DNA of 64,000 bases, taken from an uncultured delta proteobacterium (lineage in GTDB: Bacteria > Desulfobacterota > Binatia > UBA9968). Made by a program: the position numbers and the translations under genes. The DNA lies in the NCBI GenBank assembly GCA_963760795.1, contig CAVXEP010000012.1:192001-256000 (forward strand). Reading direction: 5' to 3'. The number at the start of each line of letters is the position of its first letter. The stretch's first letter is position 1. The notes beneath the pieces were generated by a model. The model made no database searches. It had not been told where the DNA came from and was given only the letters and a program-made list of their open reading frames with translations. Positions 60,998 through 64,000 of this stretch are shown in pieces.

Positions 60998-62641
60998 TTA
61001 CTGCTCCAGCCAAGTGCGCCAGAGGCCGCCCTTGGCATGGAAGTATTCTTGCTCCGGACCGCGCTCCCAATTCTTCACTTTGTCGCGCCAGACGAAGTTC
61101 CGGTCGTTCGCCCAGCCGATCACGTAGTAGGCCACCTCATCGTTGAATAACTTTTGCGCCACTGTTTTCCAGATCGCCAGACGCTTGGACCGGCTCGGCT
61201 CCTCCATATACTGGGTCACTAATTTGTCCGACTGAGGCGAGCAGTACCTGGCGACGTTGCCGATCCCTGGTTTGCCGTCGGCGCAGGCAATGTACTGCAC
61301 ATTGGCAACCAGCGGCTCGCCCATGCCACCGCCGCCGTACACCGAAACGTTCAGCTCTCCAGCGATAGTTTTCTGGATGAGCTCGGCTCCGGCGAGGTTC
61401 TGCACCGAGAATTTGATACCCGCCTCCGAAGCCTGGCGCACCACAGCCTCGGTCCACGGATCGTCCTGCCCTCTGGTGGATCCAATGGTAATAGGCTTGC
61501 CTGAGTAACCGGCTTCCTTGAGCAGGCGCTTGGCTTCCTCGATGTTGCGCTTCCATTTAAAGGCGATGGCGCTTTCCCAGTCGGTGCCTGCCGCTCCCCA
61601 GGTCTGCACCGGGACGCCGAAGCCAAACGTGGCCTCCGTCAGGATCGCCTCGCGGTCCAACGACAGAGCAATTGCCTTACGCACCCTAGGGTCCGAAGTC
61701 GGCGCGGACTGGGTATTGAGGACCAATTGTTTGATGCCCACCGTGCCGATGGGCATGAAGTGCAAGCCCTTGAGCGCGCCGCTTTTGATGCGCTGCACGA
61801 AGGTCGGACCCAAGCGCTCGATGACATCGATGTCCCCTGCCTGGATGGCGGCCGCCCTGGAGTTGGTTTCGGTGATGACGCGGAATCGAACGCCCTCCAG
61901 ATAGGGGGCGCCGCCCCAATAATCATCGTTGCGGACAACGTTGATTTCCTGGCCGGGAATCCATGCCTTGAATTTGAAGGGGCCGGTGCCCGGAGGCGGC
62001 GCGCCGCCGACCATCTCTTGTTGCCCGCTTGCCATGGACTTGGCGGGCGCGATGTGCAGGGTGGAGGTATTGCTAAGAATCTCCGGAAACAAGCCGCGCG
62101 GGCCGGGCAAGGTGAACTTCACGGTGTATTTGTCCAGCGCCACAACCTCGCGAACGTTGGCGGACAACTGTCCCTGACCCGCTGCGCCGTTGGCGGGATT
62201 CATAATATGCTTGGCGGACCAGACGACATCCTCCGCGGTCAGTTCCTTGCCGTCGTGGAATTTCACCCCCTGACGAATCTTGAACGTCCACTGGCTGGAA
62301 TTTGCGTTCGCGGTCCAACTTTGCGCGAGCCACGGGTGAATCTCGCCCTTCTGATCGTTCATCACCAGCGGTTCATACATGTTTTCTTTCACGAACTGGG
62401 GCACCGAGGTGTAATCAACAAACGGAATCGGCGTCCCAATATCCTTCACGATGCCGAACCTTAGCGTTCCGCCGCTGCGCGGTTGTCCAGGCGCCGGAGA
62501 CTGAAACACCTTCTGTGCTGCAATCGCTGGGTGTGGAGTTAAAATCTTGCCGGCATCATAGCCAGCGATAAGGCCTAACAACAAAAGCGCCGCGCCAACA
62601 AATGACCAGCGCATAACACCCTTCCTGCTCCAGACTTTCAT
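60998..62641 (-). CDS. Family-5 ABC transporter substrate-binding protein
   Basis: GGTLRFG, GVKFHDG.ELTAEDV, GTGPFKF, DPRVRKAI; GGGAGG RBS. Confidence 0.92.
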   Translation of the reverse strand: MKVWSRKGVMRWSFVGAALLLLGLIAGYDAGKILTPHPAIAAQKVFQSPAPGQPRSGGTLRFGIVKDIGTPIPFVDYTSVPQFVKENMYEPLVMNDQKGEIHPWLAQSWTANANSSQWTFKIRQGVKFHDGKELTAEDVVWSAKHIMNPANGAAGQGQLSANVREVVALDKYTVKFTLPGPRGLFPEILSNTSTLHIAPAKSMASGQQEMVGGAPPPGTGPFKFKAWIPGQEINVVRNDDYWGGAPYLEGVRFRVITETNSRAAAIQAGDIDVIERLGPTFVQRIKSGALKGLHFMPIGTVGIKQLVLNTQSAPTSDPRVRKAIALSLDREAILTEATFGFGVPVQTWGAAGTDWESAIAFKWKRNIEEAKRLLKEAGYSGKPITIGSTRGQDDPWTEAVVRQASEAGIKFSVQNLAGAELIQKTIAGELNVSVYGGGGMGEPLVANVQYIACADGKPGIGNVARYCSPQSDKLVTQYMEEPSRSKRLAIWKTVAQKLFNDEVAYYVIGWANDRNFVWRDKVKNWERGPEQEYFHAKGGLWRTWLEQ

Positions 62642-63063
62642 CGAGAAACCTCCCACGATTTTTTAACTGCCAATGGCCAGCCACCGACGCATACAGTAAA
62701 GCGCTCATCCTCGGTCAATCTGACCGATCAACCAACTAAGCCGATAGGGTCGTAGATGTTCACTCGCTCGAAGCGGTGGAACGTTAGCACCGCCGCAAGA
62801 GAAGTGTCAAGAAAAAGCATAACTAAGAATACCCATGATTAAGAAACAATAAAGGCATTGTTGAAATCCAACAACGCGCCGGATTTCGTTTGTTAAAATT
62901 TGGCCTCTCGTTGTACGATTCGCCGACCTCGCGCGGGTGGATTCACAACGCCATGATCGTTTCCCGGAACAGTCCTTTCCATGAGGGTTGGCGCGGGCGG
63001 TTATGCTTAACTGCGATCACCGCATGAGGGTTCCGGCAGGTTTTTGGTCAGGAGGATCCGGCG

Positions 63064-64000
63064 ATGATCTTTAGGTATGGCGCCATGCGCCTTGTGCAAT
63101 TGATTCCCATGGTCCTGGTTGTCACCATGGTGGTCTTTTTCGTCATGATGATCGTCCCTGGGGACCCGGTCATGGTGATGCTGGGCGCGGTGGATGGCGC
63201 GCAGATTTCACGGGAAGTCTATGACGCGATGCGCGCGCGGCTCGGATTGGACCAGCCGCTTATCGTTCAGTACCTCAACTGGCTCACGCACATGCTTCAA
63301 GGAGATTTGGGCAGCTCGATAACGCACCGAACTCCAGCCCTGGCGGTCATTTTGCAGCGCTTGGTGCCGACCATGTACCTGATGGTTGGCGGTCTCATCA
63401 TGGCCGTAATCCTTGCCGTGCCCGCTGGCGTGCTCGCGGCCATTCATCACGATACCAAATGGGACCACTTGGCCACGGGCTTCGTCGTCTTCGGCATCTC
63501 GGTGCCGACCTTCTGGCTGGCCCTGGTCGCCATTTTGATTTTCGCGGTGTACCTGGGCTGGCTCCCATCCATCGGTTATACGCCGCCCCAGGAAAACTTC
63601 GTGGAATTCTTGAAACACCTTGTCTTGCCCATGACCGTGGTGGCCTTGAACATCGCCGCCACAGTCCTGCGCTTCCAGCGCCAAGACTTCCTTGAACAAA
63701 TGCAGCAGGATTACGTTCGGACGGCCAGGGCAAAGGGATTGAGCGAGAAGCTGGTGATGTGGAAGCATGTGCTGCGCAACTCGCTGATGACAACGCTGAC
63801 TGTGGTGGGCTTGCAGATGGCCTATTTGAGCGGACTGATCACCATCGTGGAAACTGTCTTCAACTATCCCGGCATCGGTTTTCTCCTGTTGAATTCCATA
63901 AACACCCGGGACTTCGTGGTCGTCCAAGGCGTGGTTCTGTTCATGGTCTTCCTTGTCATCGCCGTCAACCTGCTGGTCGACATTCTCTACACCGTGGTGG
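63064..64000 (+). CDS. DppB/OppB-type ABC permease (runs off the window end; absent from ORF track)
   Basis: Manual translation MIFRYGAMRL...PGDP...LGLDQPLIVQY...QDYVRTARAKGLSE...RDFVVVQG; AGGAGG RBS. Confidence 0.92.
   Translation, partial: MIFRYGAMRLVQLIPMVLVVTMVVFFVMMIVPGDPVMVMLGAVDGAQISREVYDAMRARLGLDQPLIVQYLNWLTHMLQGDLGSSITHRTPALAVILQRLVPTMYLMVGGLIMAVILAVPAGVLAAIHHDTKWDHLATGFVVFGISVPTFWLALVAILIFAVYLGWLPSIGYTPPQENFVEFLKHLVLPMTVVALNIAATVLRFQRQDFLEQMQQDYVRTARAKGLSEKLVMWKHVLRNSLMTTLTVVGLQMAYLSGLITIVETVFNYPGIGFLLLNSINTRDFVVVQGVVLFMVFLVIAVNLLVDILYTVV

Noticed and set aside
63208-63927. 239-aa minus-strand ORF
   Set aside because: Antisense shadow of the ABC permease

Overview
Bacterial chromosomal window. 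Gene families such as TctC/Bug and family-5 binding proteins, many sigma54 elements and characteristic REP-like palindromes suggest a Deltaproteobacteria/Ca. Binatia-like organism (inference). It has three zones. (1) 1-18.7 kb is an accessory block: a partly decayed envelope operon (META remnant, frameshifted lipoprotein, orphan PstS-like protein, M48 peptidase) and a regulatory module of two membrane-anchored one-component sigma54 activators (one split by a 1-nt frameshift) flanking two NarL/LuxR regulators that have no kinase in the window (one with Glu in place of the phospho-Asp), followed by an Xis-like HTH gene and an AraC regulator. (2) About 18.75-39.25 kb is a lower-GC genomic island at tRNA-Ala(CGC), with a P4-like tyrosine integrase and a 17-bp att direct repeat. 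It carries general-stress genes (YflT-like, SRPBCC, Hsp20, UspA, DUF3597, DUF2934, aldo-keto reductase, CHAD, PaaA-like diiron protein), five GG-N10-GC sigma54 promoters (a sixth precedes the luxR pair), many small genes and a patchwork of gene fragments (nuoB, ligD, yqjF, CYTH, sorbosone dehydrogenase, Zn-ADH, excisionase). (3) 39.3-64 kb is core genome: galU, dksA, a decaying PerR/Fur-rubrerythrin-DUF3501 unit, alr-purH-purD-tsaC, an ornithine cyclodeaminase homolog, an M3 peptidase, cinA, a Tgt-MnmC-like fusion, surE, an Hsp15-like gene, TctC and an ABC peptide transporter, plus nested REP/MITE palindromes and a RAYT remnant. No CRISPR, rRNA or reverse transcriptase was seen. All family calls come from motif recognition by eye, not database searches.
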